This document shows, piece after piece, positions 1 through 10,526 of a stretch of DNA of 64,000 nt (the stretch's first letter is position 1; the number at the start of each line of letters is the position of its first letter). Position numbers and translations under genes: made by a program. The DNA comes from Syntrophales bacterium (GTDB lineage: Bacteria; Desulfobacterota; Syntrophia; Syntrophales; UBA2210). The notes beneath the pieces are model-generated. The model saw nothing but the letters and a program-made list of their open reading frames with translations, was not told the DNA's origin and did not search any database. The DNA lies in NCBI GenBank assembly GCA_963662405.2, contig CAXXKT010000001.1, forward strand, positions 672,001 through 736,000. The letters are read 5' to 3'.

Positions 1-1
1 A

Positions 2-394
2 TGGTTCGTGGACCATTATCTTGACCTCCTGAAAGAAAATCCCTATCTGCCCAACTTTATCATGAACGAACTCAACAAGAACCCCGACAAGATCATCGAG
101 CGGTTCACCATGAAGGGGATCCTGTCAGATCATATGCGACGGTGGATAGAGGATGAACTGGACTACTTCCAATCGGACATTCCCCCTTCCCAGTTTATGG
201 CGAATCTGATCAGCATGTGTGTCTTCCCCTTTATCGCCAAACCCCTGTTAAAAGAGTTCTTTATCGATGATAAACCTGAAGCTTTTAACCGCTTTATCAA
301 CGAGAGGAAGAGAATCATTGTTGAGACCCTGATGTCCAGCATCAGGAATTCCTCTTTGCCGAAGCCTGTGAATATCAAAAATTCCAGCACCTGA
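2..394 (+). CDS. TetR/AcrR family transcriptional regulator, C-terminal part (5' end outside window)
   Basis: Frame is open from base 2. YLDLLKENPYLPNFIMNELNKNP...FMANLISMCVFPF...FINERKR resembles TetR C-terminal domains. The HTH is not in the window. Confidence 0.7.
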   Translation, partial: WFVDHYLDLLKENPYLPNFIMNELNKNPDKIIERFTMKGILSDHMRRWIEDELDYFQSDIPPSQFMANLISMCVFPFIAKPLLKEFFIDDKPEAFNRFINERKRIIVETLMSSIRNSSLPKPVNIKNSST

Positions 395-418
395 GGGTGA
401 TGTTTCGGAGAAACGTCC

Positions 419-3400
419 ATGAAACGAGAGTGTCTGGGAGCCGGTGTCGATGTGGGTTCCACCACGGCGAAACTCATCCTGCTGGATGATTCCGGCTCGG
501 TGAAATTTTCCTCTTACCGTCGTCACAGTTCCGATATTATCAACACCCTCACGATCATCTTTGAAGAGGCGGCCGAGGCTCTCGGCGATCCCCCGACAGA
601 GTTTTCCATTACCGGGTCGGCCGGCATGGGAGTGGCGGAAAGGATGGGTGTGCCCTTCGTCCAGGAGGTCGTCGCCGCCGGTGAGGTGGCCCGACGGCAC
701 TTTCCGGACATCAGGACACTGATCGATATCGGCGGCGAAGACAGCAAAATGATGTTCTTTTCACCGCACCGACCACCGGATATCCGCATGAATGGAAGCT
801 GCGCCGGAGGGACAGGGGCCTTTATCGACCAGATGGCGACACTGCTCAACCTCTCCGTCAACGATCTCGACCGCTTGGCGGGCCGCTATCAGCGCATCTA
901 CCCTATCGCCTCCCGATGCGGGGTCTTCGCCAAGACCGATGTGCAGAATCTGATCAGCCGCAAGATCGACCTGCCCGATATCTGCGCATCCATCCTGCAG
1001 GCAGTGGCCCTGCAAAATCTCAACTCGCTGGCCCGCGGCGTCACCATACGACCAAAGGTCCTCTTCTGCGGTGGCCCCCTGACCTTCCTTCCCAGTCTGC
1101 AGGACTGTTTCTGCCGCCTGCTCCACCTCTCACCCTGGGACATCGTCCTTCCGACCAACGGGCTCTTCTTCCCCGCCTGGGGGGCAGCCCTTATCACAGA
1201 AGGTGATGGCACGCCGGACCGTCTCAGCACGTGGTGCCGCCGTATACACTCTCTCGATACTGATGCGGAGCATCCCCAAGAGGAGCACCATCGGCTTCCT
1301 CCACTCTTCGCAAATGAAGATGCGTATCGCCAGTGGGAACACGATCGGACGGTCATGTCCCTGACTGACACCCCCTGTCACCTGGCTGAGCCTCCGCTCT
1401 TTCTCGGCGTCGACTGCGGGTCGACCACCACAAAGGTCATGGTGATCGACTCCCGTCAGCGCGTTATCTTCAGCGACTATCGCCCCAACCGCGGCAATCC
1501 CATCGACGCCGTCATGAAGGCACTGATCACGTTTCGCGCACAAAACACCGATTTCCTCCCCCTCGCCGTCGGAAAGGCCACCGGCTACGGGGAAGATCTG
1601 ATTAGCGCCGCCTTCGATCTCGACAGGGGCGTGGTGGAGACGATGGCCCACTGGCGGGCCGCGGCTGAGTGTGACCCGAATGTTTCCTTCATCCTCGACA
1701 TCGGCGGGCAGGACATGAAGGCCCTCTTCATCAGAGACCAGGCGATCAGCCGTATGGAAATAAACGAGGCCTGTTCTTCCGGATGCGGCTCCTTCATCGA
1801 AGGCTTTGCCCAGTCCCTCGGATTGACAGCGGAGTCGTTTGCCGAGAGGGCGTGCCATTCCGGAGCACCCTGTGATCTCGGAACACGATGCACGGTCTTC
1901 ATGAATTCCCGTATCAAACAGGCCCAGAGAGAGAACGCATCCATCGAGGATATCGCCGCGGGTCTTGCCTACGCGGTCATCAAGAACAGCCTCTATAAGG
2001 TCCTCAAGCTGCGAGACCCTGCCGAATTGGGAGACCACATCCTGGTCCAGGGAGGAACCTTCCGGAATCCGGCGGTCCTGAGGGCCTTTGAAGCACTTAC
2101 CGGTTCCCCGATCGTCTCTTCCGACAGGCCCGAGATGATGGGGGCATACGGTGCGGCTCTCCTTGCCAAAGAGGCATACAATGCCGATCCCGCGTCGGTC
2201 CATCCCTTCGATCTGAACAGCCTCGAGAGGTGCACCGACTACCGGACCCGCGAGATGGAATGTCACGGCTGCACCAACCGGTGTCGTGTAACCGTTTTTT
2301 CCTTCTCCGGGGGGAGACGATTCTTCACCGGGAACAAGTGCGAGCGCCTCTTCGGCAATCGCGGAAGCGCCACCGGGCGGGGGACCAATCTCTTCTCCGC
2401 GCGGAACGACCTGTTGTTCGATGAGATACCCCGACCGGAAAAACCGCCGGCCGGGGTCAGGATCGGCATCCCCCGCATCCTGGAGATGTATGAGACATTC
2501 CCCTTCTGGAGTACCCTACTGGCCGCGTGCGGGTTCGACGTCGTCCTCTCCGACAAATCAAGCCAGGCCCTGTATGAAAAGGGGCTCGGATCGATCATGG
2601 CAGACAACATCTGTTTTCCCGCAAAGATTGCCCATGGCCACGTCATTGATCTGATCGAGAAAGGGGTGGATCGTATCCTGTATCCGCTCACAATCCATGA
2701 AATCATGGAAGAAGCCGGCGCCGCCAACAGCTACAACTGCCCCATCGTGGCGAGCTATGCCGAGGTGCTGAAAGGTTCCATCGGCACCGATGGAACAGGG
2801 CCGCTCTTTGATGCGCCGACAATCTCCTTCCGCGACGAGGGACTGCTCCGAAAGGCCTGCGTGAGATACCTGAAATCCCTGGGTGTGTCCCGCCGCCGAG
2901 CCGCGGAGGCCTTCCTCCGGGCACTGGTCGCGCAGGAGCAGTTTCGCGCAACCCTTGCAAAGCAGGGAGGCGAACTCCTCGAGAGGGCGCGCCGTGAAGG
3001 ACGAACCGTGATCGTCTTGGCCGGCAGGCCCTACCATGCCGACCCCTTCATCGAACACCAGACTTCGGAAATGCTGGCCGATCTGGGCGCAGACGTGCTG
3101 CCCTGCGACGTGGCCTCGCACCTCTGCCGGAAGAGCATCCGCGAAATCCAGACGATCTCCCAGTGGACCTTTCCCAACCGGCTCATGAAGGCCGCGCAGT
3201 GGGTCGCCGACCAGCCCGAACGGAATATCCAGTACGTCATGCTCAACTCGTTCGGATGCGGTCCCGACGCCTTCATCATGGATGAGATCCGGGACATCCT
3301 TTCGGCAGCGGGGAAGACCTTCACCCTGATCAAGATCGACGAGATCTCCAGCACCGGCTCCGTCCGGCTCCGCCTCCGCTCTCTCATGGAGACGCTGGAA

Positions 3401-4705
3401 CGACGCCCTCCGAGGAACGAGACCCTCACGATACACCGCCACACCACCCCTTCCTTCTCTGCCGAAGACCGCGTCAAACAGATCATTGCCCCCTATTTCG
3501 CCGACTGTTACTCTCCCTTCATATCACCCATATTCCGCCTTGCCGGGTATGATCTGGCGGTCCTCCCCCCCTCGGACAGGGAATCCGTGGAATACGGATT
3601 GCAATACGCCAACAACGAGATCTGCTACCCCGCCATCGTGATTATCGGCGATATCATCAAGGCGTTTAAACAGGGCCGCTTCGACCCGGGGAAAACCGTG
3701 GTCGGCATGACCCAGACGGGGGGACAGTGCCGGGCCACCAACTACATTGCCCTGATCAAGAAAGCGCTGATCAGTGCCGGGTACGGGGAAGTCCCCGTCA
3801 TCGCCGTGGCCAGCACCGACAGCCTGATCAATGATCAGCCCGGCTTTGAATTTGAGTTACGGGACATCATGAAACCGACCTTTGCCAGCATTCTCTATGC
3901 GGATGGCATAGCCCGTATGTATTACAAGACGGTGGTTCGCCAGCGCACGGTCGGTCTGGCCGAAACCGTCCGGGACCACTACCTCGAAGCAGGACGGGCC
4001 TGCGTCGAGCAAGGCGATATCAGCGGGCTCATGGAACATCTCAAAAAGGCGGTCGTCGCCTTCAACGATACACTGACGGGGGATGATCCACGGCCGAGAA
4101 TCGGTATCGTCGGAGAGATCTTCCTGAAATATAACCGCTTCAGTCATATGAATGTCGTTGACTGGATGATTGCGCAGGATGTGGAGGTGACTGTCCCCTC
4201 ACTGACCGATTTCGCAATGCAGTTTTTTGTCAATACACGGGAAAATCGACAGAGCCATCTCGAACGATCAGATGGCAACTCGCGGCTGTTCGAGGCATTT
4301 CTCGCCTTTCAGGCGGGTCGCTTGATAGACCGTTTCGAGTCGATCCTCACCGGGTTCCGCTGTTACGAACCACCCGTCAGCATTCACCAGAAAGCCCGGT
4401 TGGCGTCACAGGTCATAAGCCTCTCGAATCAGTTCGGGGAGGGGTGGCTCATCCCGGCCGAAATTGCCGGGTTTGCCCGCGAAGGGATCTGGGATGTGGT
4501 CTGTCTCCAACCCTTTGGCTGCATTGCCAACCAGATCATCGCCAAGGGAATCGAGAACCGGATCCAGCAGATCTACCCCATGATGAACATGCTCTTTCTC
4601 GATTTCGACGCCAGCACCAGCGAGGTCAATATCCTCAACCGCCTGCACTTCATGATCGAAAATGCCCGCCACCACCACCGGACAGCCGTGAAACAATATG
4701 CCTGA
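419..4705 (+). CDS. Fused CoA-substrate enzyme activase/reductase (2x BadF/BcrAD ATPase + DUF2229 + dehydratase-like); PlsA(PlsAR)/Ger-type plasmalogen or ether-lipid synthase candidate
   Basis: Two ASKHA domains (GVDVGSTT..DIGGEDSK..MNGSCAGGTG; GVDCGSTT..DIGGQDMK..NEACSSGCG), plus CHGCTNRC, CFPAK, GRPYH, SFGCGPD, GGQCRA, GEGW and QPFGC motifs; 1428 aa. Confidence 0.85.
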   Translation: MKRECLGAGVDVGSTTAKLILLDDSGSVKFSSYRRHSSDIINTLTIIFEEAAEALGDPPTEFSITGSAGMGVAERMGVPFVQEVVAAGEVARRHFPDIRTLIDIGGEDSKMMFFSPHRPPDIRMNGSCAGGTGAFIDQMATLLNLSVNDLDRLAGRYQRIYPIASRCGVFAKTDVQNLISRKIDLPDICASILQAVALQNLNSLARGVTIRPKVLFCGGPLTFLPSLQDCFCRLLHLSPWDIVLPTNGLFFPAWGAALITEGDGTPDRLSTWCRRIHSLDTDAEHPQEEHHRLPPLFANEDAYRQWEHDRTVMSLTDTPCHLAEPPLFLGVDCGSTTTKVMVIDSRQRVIFSDYRPNRGNPIDAVMKALITFRAQNTDFLPLAVGKATGYGEDLISAAFDLDRGVVETMAHWRAAAECDPNVSFILDIGGQDMKALFIRDQAISRMEINEACSSGCGSFIEGFAQSLGLTAESFAERACHSGAPCDLGTRCTVFMNSRIKQAQRENASIEDIAAGLAYAVIKNSLYKVLKLRDPAELGDHILVQGGTFRNPAVLRAFEALTGSPIVSSDRPEMMGAYGAALLAKEAYNADPASVHPFDLNSLERCTDYRTREMECHGCTNRCRVTVFSFSGGRRFFTGNKCERLFGNRGSATGRGTNLFSARNDLLFDEIPRPEKPPAGVRIGIPRILEMYETFPFWSTLLAACGFDVVLSDKSSQALYEKGLGSIMADNICFPAKIAHGHVIDLIEKGVDRILYPLTIHEIMEEAGAANSYNCPIVASYAEVLKGSIGTDGTGPLFDAPTISFRDEGLLRKACVRYLKSLGVSRRRAAEAFLRALVAQEQFRATLAKQGGELLERARREGRTVIVLAGRPYHADPFIEHQTSEMLADLGADVLPCDVASHLCRKSIREIQTISQWTFPNRLMKAAQWVADQPERNIQYVMLNSFGCGPDAFIMDEIRDILSAAGKTFTLIKIDEISSTGSVRLRLRSLMETLERRPPRNETLTIHRHTTPSFSAEDRVKQIIAPYFADCYSPFISPIFRLAGYDLAVLPPSDRESVEYGLQYANNEICYPAIVIIGDIIKAFKQGRFDPGKTVVGMTQTGGQCRATNYIALIKKALISAGYGEVPVIAVASTDSLINDQPGFEFELRDIMKPTFASILYADGIARMYYKTVVRQRTVGLAETVRDHYLEAGRACVEQGDISGLMEHLKKAVVAFNDTLTGDDPRPRIGIVGEIFLKYNRFSHMNVVDWMIAQDVEVTVPSLTDFAMQFFVNTRENRQSHLERSDGNSRLFEAFLAFQAGRLIDRFESILTGFRCYEPPVSIHQKARLASQVISLSNQFGEGWLIPAEIAGFAREGIWDVVCLQPFGCIANQIIAKGIENRIQQIYPMMNMLFLDFDASTSEVNILNRLHFMIENARHHHRTAVKQYA

Positions 4706-4855
4706 GGGTCGGACATCGTGAAGATCCTGCCTTTCTCTTCGATAGACCCGCGCGGCACGGTGAACCCTGTTCGTGCCATTTCTTCGGCGCGTCCTTGACT
4801 CCCGTCCCTTTTCGCGTATAGTCTTTCGGAAAATACAGAAACGAGGGGGAACCTG

Positions 4856-5377
4856 ATGAAGAAAGAAATTCCTGCGTACGAACAGTATCCGGTCAGCGAG
4901 GAAGTCATGGGGAAACGGTACAAGAACTGGACCGAGGGTCTGGCACGGCAGATGGTGATGCTGTACCGGGTGGGGAAAGAGGTCGGCGGTGAGCGGTTCG
5001 TCGAGCGGCTGAAGGAAGAGTACTACAAGAGCGGGCAGAAGGGCGCTCACCTGTGGATGTCCCTGACCGGCACAACGAAGGAAGATTTCAAGGACTGTTC
5101 GAACCTGCCGAAGGTCCACGATCTCATCGACGACACCTTCGCGAATTACTGGGACGGCTACATAGAACAGACACCGAAGGCATTCGAGAAAGAACTCACA
5201 ACCTGCCCGGTCGTCAGACAGTGGTCCAAGGAACCGGAACTCTGTGAGATCCTCCTGGCGGAATCCCTCAGAGGGATGGCGACGGAACTCAACCCGAAGT
5301 TCAAGACCTCGGGATTCAGCAAGCTCCTCACCAAGGGCGATCCCGTCTGCCGTTTCAGGGTGGAGATGGAAGAATAA
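4856..5377 (+). CDS. L-2-amino-thiazoline-4-carboxylic acid hydrolase-like (V4R-fold) protein
   Basis: CP..W....LC...G....NP...K.L.KGD..CRF pattern; RBS GAGGGGG upstream. Confidence 0.65.
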   Translation: MKKEIPAYEQYPVSEEVMGKRYKNWTEGLARQMVMLYRVGKEVGGERFVERLKEEYYKSGQKGAHLWMSLTGTTKEDFKDCSNLPKVHDLIDDTFANYWDGYIEQTPKAFEKELTTCPVVRQWSKEPELCEILLAESLRGMATELNPKFKTSGFSKLLTKGDPVCRFRVEMEE

Positions 5378-5463
5378 TTCTGTTGGATGATCGCATGTCG
5401 ATCATTTCTTGCTGATCAGTGCATCGGCAACGCGTGCGCCGTCGGGAAAGACCAAGAGTGGAG

Positions 5464-5582
5464 GGACGGGGGCCGAGATCGCGGGGGATATGGTGATCCT
5501 GCACTTCATCGACGGCCAGCGGGGGGACGATGACCTTGACGGAGGGAACGGGGTGATCGTCGACAACGGCGACCCGTCCGCG
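5464..5582 (+). pseudogene. Isolated remnant of a choice-of-anchor U-type domain C-terminus
   Basis: GTGAEIAGDMVILHFIDGQRGDDDLDGGNGVIVDNGDPS resembles GTAEIGGQTVLYVEFILTAGQLGDDTNGLPIIDQGGPG in the 36136-42369 protein. No upstream coding context. Confidence 0.55.
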
Positions 5583-5724
5583 CCTGCTTCGGTAATCCCT
5601 GCATCCTCGCGGTGAGGCGTGATGATCTTTGTGGCCCTCCTGTCCCTGATTGCCTGTCTGATTATACGAACGCGAAAGAAAGAATCATATTGATCCGTGG
5701 CCGCTCCAGGAGGGCACAGGGGTC

Positions 5725-6660
5725 TCATATTGTGGCTTGTTCCGCTGTGCACGCGGGTTCTTCCGTTCCCATTTCGCATATAATGTGGCGAACCATTGAG
5801 GGATATACCTCTTGGAGGATATCAGGTGAGAGGAAGTATTCCTTGTGAAGCGCGAACGTATACTTGACCATCCGTTTGACCGTTTTTTCGACCGATCCCG
5901 CTCTGCGGTATACCGCCTTTATCATGGCGCAGAACTGATCTGACATCTGGATCGTTTTGGATATGAATTCGTTCGCCTCAGGACCGGTAATGTAGCCAAA
6001 GTGATCCGCGCACAGGTATTCAACATCCAAACGGCTTAATTTTCCGAGGCTTTTTTGAAACTCGGTGTAGTTCCAATTACCCGACGGGATAATCCCGTCC
6101 TTGAGAGGGATGCCCCCGCTGTCCGAGGGGAAGAGGGCCTTGATCTGGGGGATATAGGCGGATATGGAGCATTCGGAATGCCCCGGTGTCTCAAGGATCT
6201 CGACGTGAAATCCACCCAGATCGATGGAATCTCCTTCGAAAACGGTGATTCCATCGAGATCATTGCGCCAGAGCAGGTCGTACCGTGAAAGATCAAAGGG
6301 GGCGTTTGCCCTCTTCATTTCAATGGTATTGAACGAGTTGATTTCCTTGATTTTATCTGTGTCGTGAAGCACATCCCAGGCATGGCGTGAGGCGTAGACG
6401 GTCAGGTCTTCAAGACGTTTGCTGAACAGCGGAACGAGGCCGACATGGTCGAAGTGGCTATGGAGGATCAACAATTTTCGTATCTTGTTTACATCGATAG
6501 CGAATTCCCTGAGTTGATTCAGGACGTCGTAAGCGATACGACTCATGCCGCCGCTGATGATCATGGAACAGTCTGATCCCTCAACGAGATAGAGACCGGA
6601 TTCCTCCCGACCGAGGTACCACACGTGCTCACATATTTTTCCGGGGTTTCGGTGCCTCAT
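5725..6660 (-). CDS. MBL-fold metallo-hydrolase
   Basis: HSHFDH, TPGHS, SD and DH metal ligands. Start taken at MRHRNPGK (ATG 6660). Confidence 0.85.
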   Translation of the reverse strand: MRHRNPGKICEHVWYLGREESGLYLVEGSDCSMIISGGMSRIAYDVLNQLREFAIDVNKIRKLLILHSHFDHVGLVPLFSKRLEDLTVYASRHAWDVLHDTDKIKEINSFNTIEMKRANAPFDLSRYDLLWRNDLDGITVFEGDSIDLGGFHVEILETPGHSECSISAYIPQIKALFPSDSGGIPLKDGIIPSGNWNYTEFQKSLGKLSRLDVEYLCADHFGYITGPEANEFISKTIQMSDQFCAMIKAVYRRAGSVEKTVKRMVKYTFALHKEYFLSPDILQEVYPSMVRHIICEMGTEEPACTAEQATI

Positions 6661-6782
6661 ACGAATGTCTAAGTAGCTCCTTTCGGTTCTCTTATAATAG
6701 TTGTACCCTGCCAAAGATTGCTGTCCCGATCATGCCAACAATAAGGAAGATCTCTGCTCGTACACTGTGAGATGGGTACCTT

Positions 6783-8150
6783 TCAAGAGAGTTTTTTCCT
6801 TCGATAACGGAAGGTATGATGGTTTAAGTTGAGAAGCTTCGCCGCCTTGGATTCATTCCCCTTCGCGATACGTAATGCCTCGGAAATGTAGTAATCTTCC
6901 ACGGTGCTTTCAATCGAAGAAATATCGACCCCTTCCTCCGTCAAGGGCGGGAAAGAAAAATTCTTTGGGTCGAATGTTTCTGTTTCCACAATGCCGAGGT
7001 CATTTTTTTCTATGGATGGCTCTTGCGCTGTCAGGACGGCTCGTTCGATCATATTCTTGAGCTCTCTGATATTGCCGGTCCAGCGATGGGTTGCGAGTGC
7101 CTCAATCGCCCCATCTGAAAAGTTGGTGAATATTCTCCCGAATTTATCGGAAAAGTGAAGCAGAAAGTGGTGTGCGAGGGGAAGGATATCATCTGGACGG
7201 TCGTTCAGCGAAGGGATAGTCACGACAATGACGGCGAGGCGGAAGTACAGATCCTGGCGGAAGAGTTTGTTATCTATAAGGGTATGGAGATCTTTGTTGG
7301 TTGCGGAGACGACCCGTGTGTGCACCTGCAGCTTCGCGGTTCCCCCAACCCGATAGAACTCACCCTCTTCGAGGAAGCGAAGAAGTTTTGCCTGGGCTTC
7401 CATACTGAGGTCTCCCACTTCATCCAGGAAGAGGGTTCCTCCTCCTGCCGCCTCGATGAGGCCTTTCTTCCCGCTCGTGCTGGCACCACTGAAGGCGCCT
7501 TTCTCATATCCAAAGAGTTCGCTTTCTATCAGATCTTTCGGGATGGCCGCACAGTTGACCGTTATAAAAGGGCCCTTGAAGTTAGGACTTCTATGGTGAA
7601 TGGCGCTGGCGATCAGTTCTTTCCCGGTGCCGGTTTCACCGAGGATCAGTATCGGGGTGTCGGGGCTTTTTGCGACCATCCCGATAAACTTGAGCACATT
7701 ATGTATCTCATTGCTCTCGGCAACAAAACAGGGGATATTCTCTGCGAGATATTCTTCCTGGAGATCCTGGACTTCCTTGCGTAATCGAATCGTACTGAGT
7801 GCATTGCGAATGGTAATTTCAAGTCCATCCATGACGATGGGTTTGACGACATAATCATATGCGCCGAGCTTCATGGCGGAGATGACCGTTTGGATATCCT
7901 CGTACGCGGTGATCATAATCACCAGGATATCGTGACATTCCTTTCTGATATGGTGGAGGGCCTTGATACCGTCCATCCCGGGCAATCCAATGTCAAGGAG
8001 TATCAGGTCCGGAGGGTTTGATTGCATCGACTCGAGGGCGGATTCCGCTGTTGCGAAGGTATATATACGATATTCTGATTCAAGGGAAAAGCGGATACCG
8101 GTTCGTATTATTTCGTCGTCGTCGATGATGTATATGGAGTATTGTGTCAT
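6783..8150 (-). CDS. Sigma-54-dependent response regulator (REC-AAA+-HTH, NtrC family)
   Basis: IIDDD/LLDIGLP receiver, GETGTGKE Walker A, GAFSGA loop, LFLDE, GNIREL, C-terminal Fis-type HTH. Confidence 0.95.
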   Translation of the reverse strand: MTQYSIYIIDDDEIIRTGIRFSLESEYRIYTFATAESALESMQSNPPDLILLDIGLPGMDGIKALHHIRKECHDILVIMITAYEDIQTVISAMKLGAYDYVVKPIVMDGLEITIRNALSTIRLRKEVQDLQEEYLAENIPCFVAESNEIHNVLKFIGMVAKSPDTPILILGETGTGKELIASAIHHRSPNFKGPFITVNCAAIPKDLIESELFGYEKGAFSGASTSGKKGLIEAAGGGTLFLDEVGDLSMEAQAKLLRFLEEGEFYRVGGTAKLQVHTRVVSATNKDLHTLIDNKLFRQDLYFRLAVIVVTIPSLNDRPDDILPLAHHFLLHFSDKFGRIFTNFSDGAIEALATHRWTGNIRELKNMIERAVLTAQEPSIEKNDLGIVETETFDPKNFSFPPLTEEGVDISSIESTVEDYYISEALRIAKGNESKAAKLLNLNHHTFRYRRKKLS

Positions 8151-10207
8151 GCCGTTCGGTTCCCTTGTGTGATCGGAATCTGAAAGACAAATTCAGCCCC
8201 GCCCCACTTACTGTCATGAACCACGATTGAACCCCGATGATCGGTAACGATACGCTGGCATATGCTCAGTCCGATACCCGAACCGTCGTGTTTTGTTGTA
8301 TAAAATGGTTCGAAGATCTTGTCTCTCAGGTAATGGGGGATTCCGGGTCCCGAATCGGCGATCCTGGTAGCAATGATGCCGTTTTCACATGCCGTTGTGA
8401 TAGTGATTATTTTTTCTCCCTCTGAGTGGCTCATTGCTTCGGCGGCATTTGAAATGAGGTTTAAGATCAATTCCTCAATCAGTTGGGGGTTGAGCAGAAC
8501 GTCGGAGAGATTCCCATCGATATCCACCTCAAGTGCGATTTTACTTTTCCGCAGACTGACGGAAGAGAGTTCAACGGCATCCAGTATGGGCTTTTTTATA
8601 TTTCCTGCAATGAGTTTGTGCTCGGTCGGCTTGGAAAAATCCATAACCCGTTTGATAACGGATTCGATTTTTTTTGATGCGGAATGGATCTGCTTATAAA
8701 TTTCAGACGCATTTTCCGGAGGTCCACCTTGCTCATGGGATTTTTCAAGGAGATTCAGGTAGATGTTGATCCCCGAGAGAGGATTCCTTATTTCGTGGGC
8801 AATGCCGGCGGCCACCCGCCCCAGGGATGCCATCTTGTCCTGGATCCGCATGAGTTGGTCCACCTCCTTGCTTCTGGTGACGTCCATCATATTCAGCAGG
8901 AAGGCATCTTCCCCATCGTATTTGATCGATGTTCCATGACAGTGGACCCATCGGAAGTGTGATCCTGTATCGAGGGGAAGCAACCGAAATTCTATGTCTA
9001 TGGAGTCTGAGGCATTCGAAGCGATATCATGAAAAAGCTGTTGCACTCTATCGAGGTCCTCCGGATAAATCATTCTCAGATCGACGGGATGTATCTGCCG
9101 TTCTGGTTGCCCGAACAACCGTTGATGCTCGTGATTGCTATAGACAACGGTCTCGTCCTGGATGATGGAGATCCCTGTCGAGGCGTTTTCCGCGAGATCG
9201 CGGAATCGCTGTTCACTTTCGCGCAACCTGTCCTGGTAATTCTTATGCTCGATCAGCCGCAGCATCCCCTGCATAAGCAGCGTTAACTGCCTGACGTCCG
9301 ATTGATCATAATCTCCCTTCTTGTTCGCAACCCCTGCGATGGCATAAATCGTGTCATTGTTAAAGACAGGGATTCCCATATGCCGACTGAGTTTGACATG
9401 CCCCTTTGGATATCCTCTTTTAAAGTAATTCGGGGCGGTATAGTCGTTGGTGACGATGGGCCTGCGTTGCCGAATGGGCTCTCCCCATAATCCCATACTG
9501 TCAAGGTCAAAAATCCGGGATGGATTTTGAATTTTGGATGTCTTCGCCAAACAGGCGTACAGGGTAACCTTTTTCCCCTCTTCATCGACAAGGGCGATAT
9601 ACCCGTACCGGCTTTTCGTCAGTTTGATCCCTTCAGCGACGGCATAGTTGATGAGATCCTCGAGAGAAGCCCCGTCTGCCATCTGATTCAGTTTCAACTG
9701 TGTCTCAAGGCGCGCTTCGTCGAGGCGCAGGGCCTCTTCATTCTGTTTTCTTTCGGTGATATCAAGGTACGAGGCAATGCTTTGATTAGATCCGGCAATA
9801 ACGGCGACTGTTGCCATGATATCCTTGACATTTCCCTGCTTGTCTCTGAATTTGAATTCGTAGTTGCGTGGGACAAGTTGGGGGGCGATCCTCCGGACGG
9901 TGTGATATGCGATCATCGTATCCAGCATATCTTCATCCGCCACGAAGGTATTCCAGCTTATCTTTCCTTCCATCTCTTCCTTGGAGTAACCGGAGAGTTT
10001 TTCAAATTCACGGTTGGTTAAGGAGATGGTCATGTCGTTTTCCGAAATAATCATTGCCGTTCCGGTGTTTTCAAAAATGGTCCGGTACTTATACAGATCT
10101 GCGGTAGTGATATTCTGGTCCCTCAGCGTTTCCTCGTAGTTCAATCTCTGACGAAGTTTGTTGAGTTCACGAATCAATTGCCGTTTTGTTTTCTTTTCAT
10201 CTCTCAT
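8147..10207 (-). CDS. PAS-GAF-PAS sensor histidine kinase (cytoplasmic)
   Basis: AHEIRNPL H-box, NLISNA, DSGPGI, FEPFYTTK, GSGIGL. PAS and GAF (GHVKLSRHMGIP..VANK) domains; no TM segment. Start taken at MRDEKK. Confidence 0.93.
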   Translation of the reverse strand: MRDEKKTKRQLIRELNKLRQRLNYEETLRDQNITTADLYKYRTIFENTGTAMIISENDMTISLTNREFEKLSGYSKEEMEGKISWNTFVADEDMLDTMIAYHTVRRIAPQLVPRNYEFKFRDKQGNVKDIMATVAVIAGSNQSIASYLDITERKQNEEALRLDEARLETQLKLNQMADGASLEDLINYAVAEGIKLTKSRYGYIALVDEEGKKVTLYACLAKTSKIQNPSRIFDLDSMGLWGEPIRQRRPIVTNDYTAPNYFKRGYPKGHVKLSRHMGIPVFNNDTIYAIAGVANKKGDYDQSDVRQLTLLMQGMLRLIEHKNYQDRLRESEQRFRDLAENASTGISIIQDETVVYSNHEHQRLFGQPERQIHPVDLRMIYPEDLDRVQQLFHDIASNASDSIDIEFRLLPLDTGSHFRWVHCHGTSIKYDGEDAFLLNMMDVTRSKEVDQLMRIQDKMASLGRVAAGIAHEIRNPLSGINIYLNLLEKSHEQGGPPENASEIYKQIHSASKKIESVIKRVMDFSKPTEHKLIAGNIKKPILDAVELSSVSLRKSKIALEVDIDGNLSDVLLNPQLIEELILNLISNAAEAMSHSEGEKIITITTACENGIIATRIADSGPGIPHYLRDKIFEPFYTTKHDGSGIGLSICQRIVTDHRGSIVVHDSKWGGAEFVFQIPITQGNRTA

Positions 10208-10249
10208 CGTTTCAACTGCCTGATAGGTCGCGGTTACTGCGTTGCAGAA

Positions 10250-10265
10250 AGCAAGGAGCATGCCA
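10250..10265 (-). promoter_or_regulatory. Sigma-54 (-24/-12) promoter for the kinase/regulator genes
   Basis: Minus strand TGGCATGCTCCTTGCT is GG-N10-GC, ~43 bp upstream of the kinase ATG. Confidence 0.75.
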
Positions 10266-10394
10266 ATCCGGATGGTATATTAGTCCAAGTCACCTGGTTC
10301 TGTCAAACAAATGGCATGAATAGGATTTTTGCTACTTTTCCCTTCAAGAGGAACGCCCATAACCATAAGGAAAGAGAAAATATCGATGTTGATA

Positions 10395-10436
10395 CAAAAT
10401 ACTTTCGCAAATTTGCAAAATATTTTCGCAAAATTT
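10395..10436. promoter_or_regulatory. Tandem 21-bp direct repeat, putative enhancer (UAS) for the sigma-54 activator
   Basis: CAAAATACTTTCGCAAATTTG / CAAAATATTTTCGCAAAATTT, lying between the two divergent sigma-54 promoters. Confidence 0.55.
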
Positions 10437-10526
10437 CTACATGTGAAGGGCGAGTACGACGGGCTATGAAAAGACGGCTTGATCTAACATGCTGATATAA
10501 TAGATAATATTTTTAGGGTGCAGGGG

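Noticed and set aside
10312..10333. TGGCA..TTGCT as another sigma-54 promoter (also similar sites near 6727-6737 and 24194)
   Set aside because: GG-to-GC spacing is not 10 nt.
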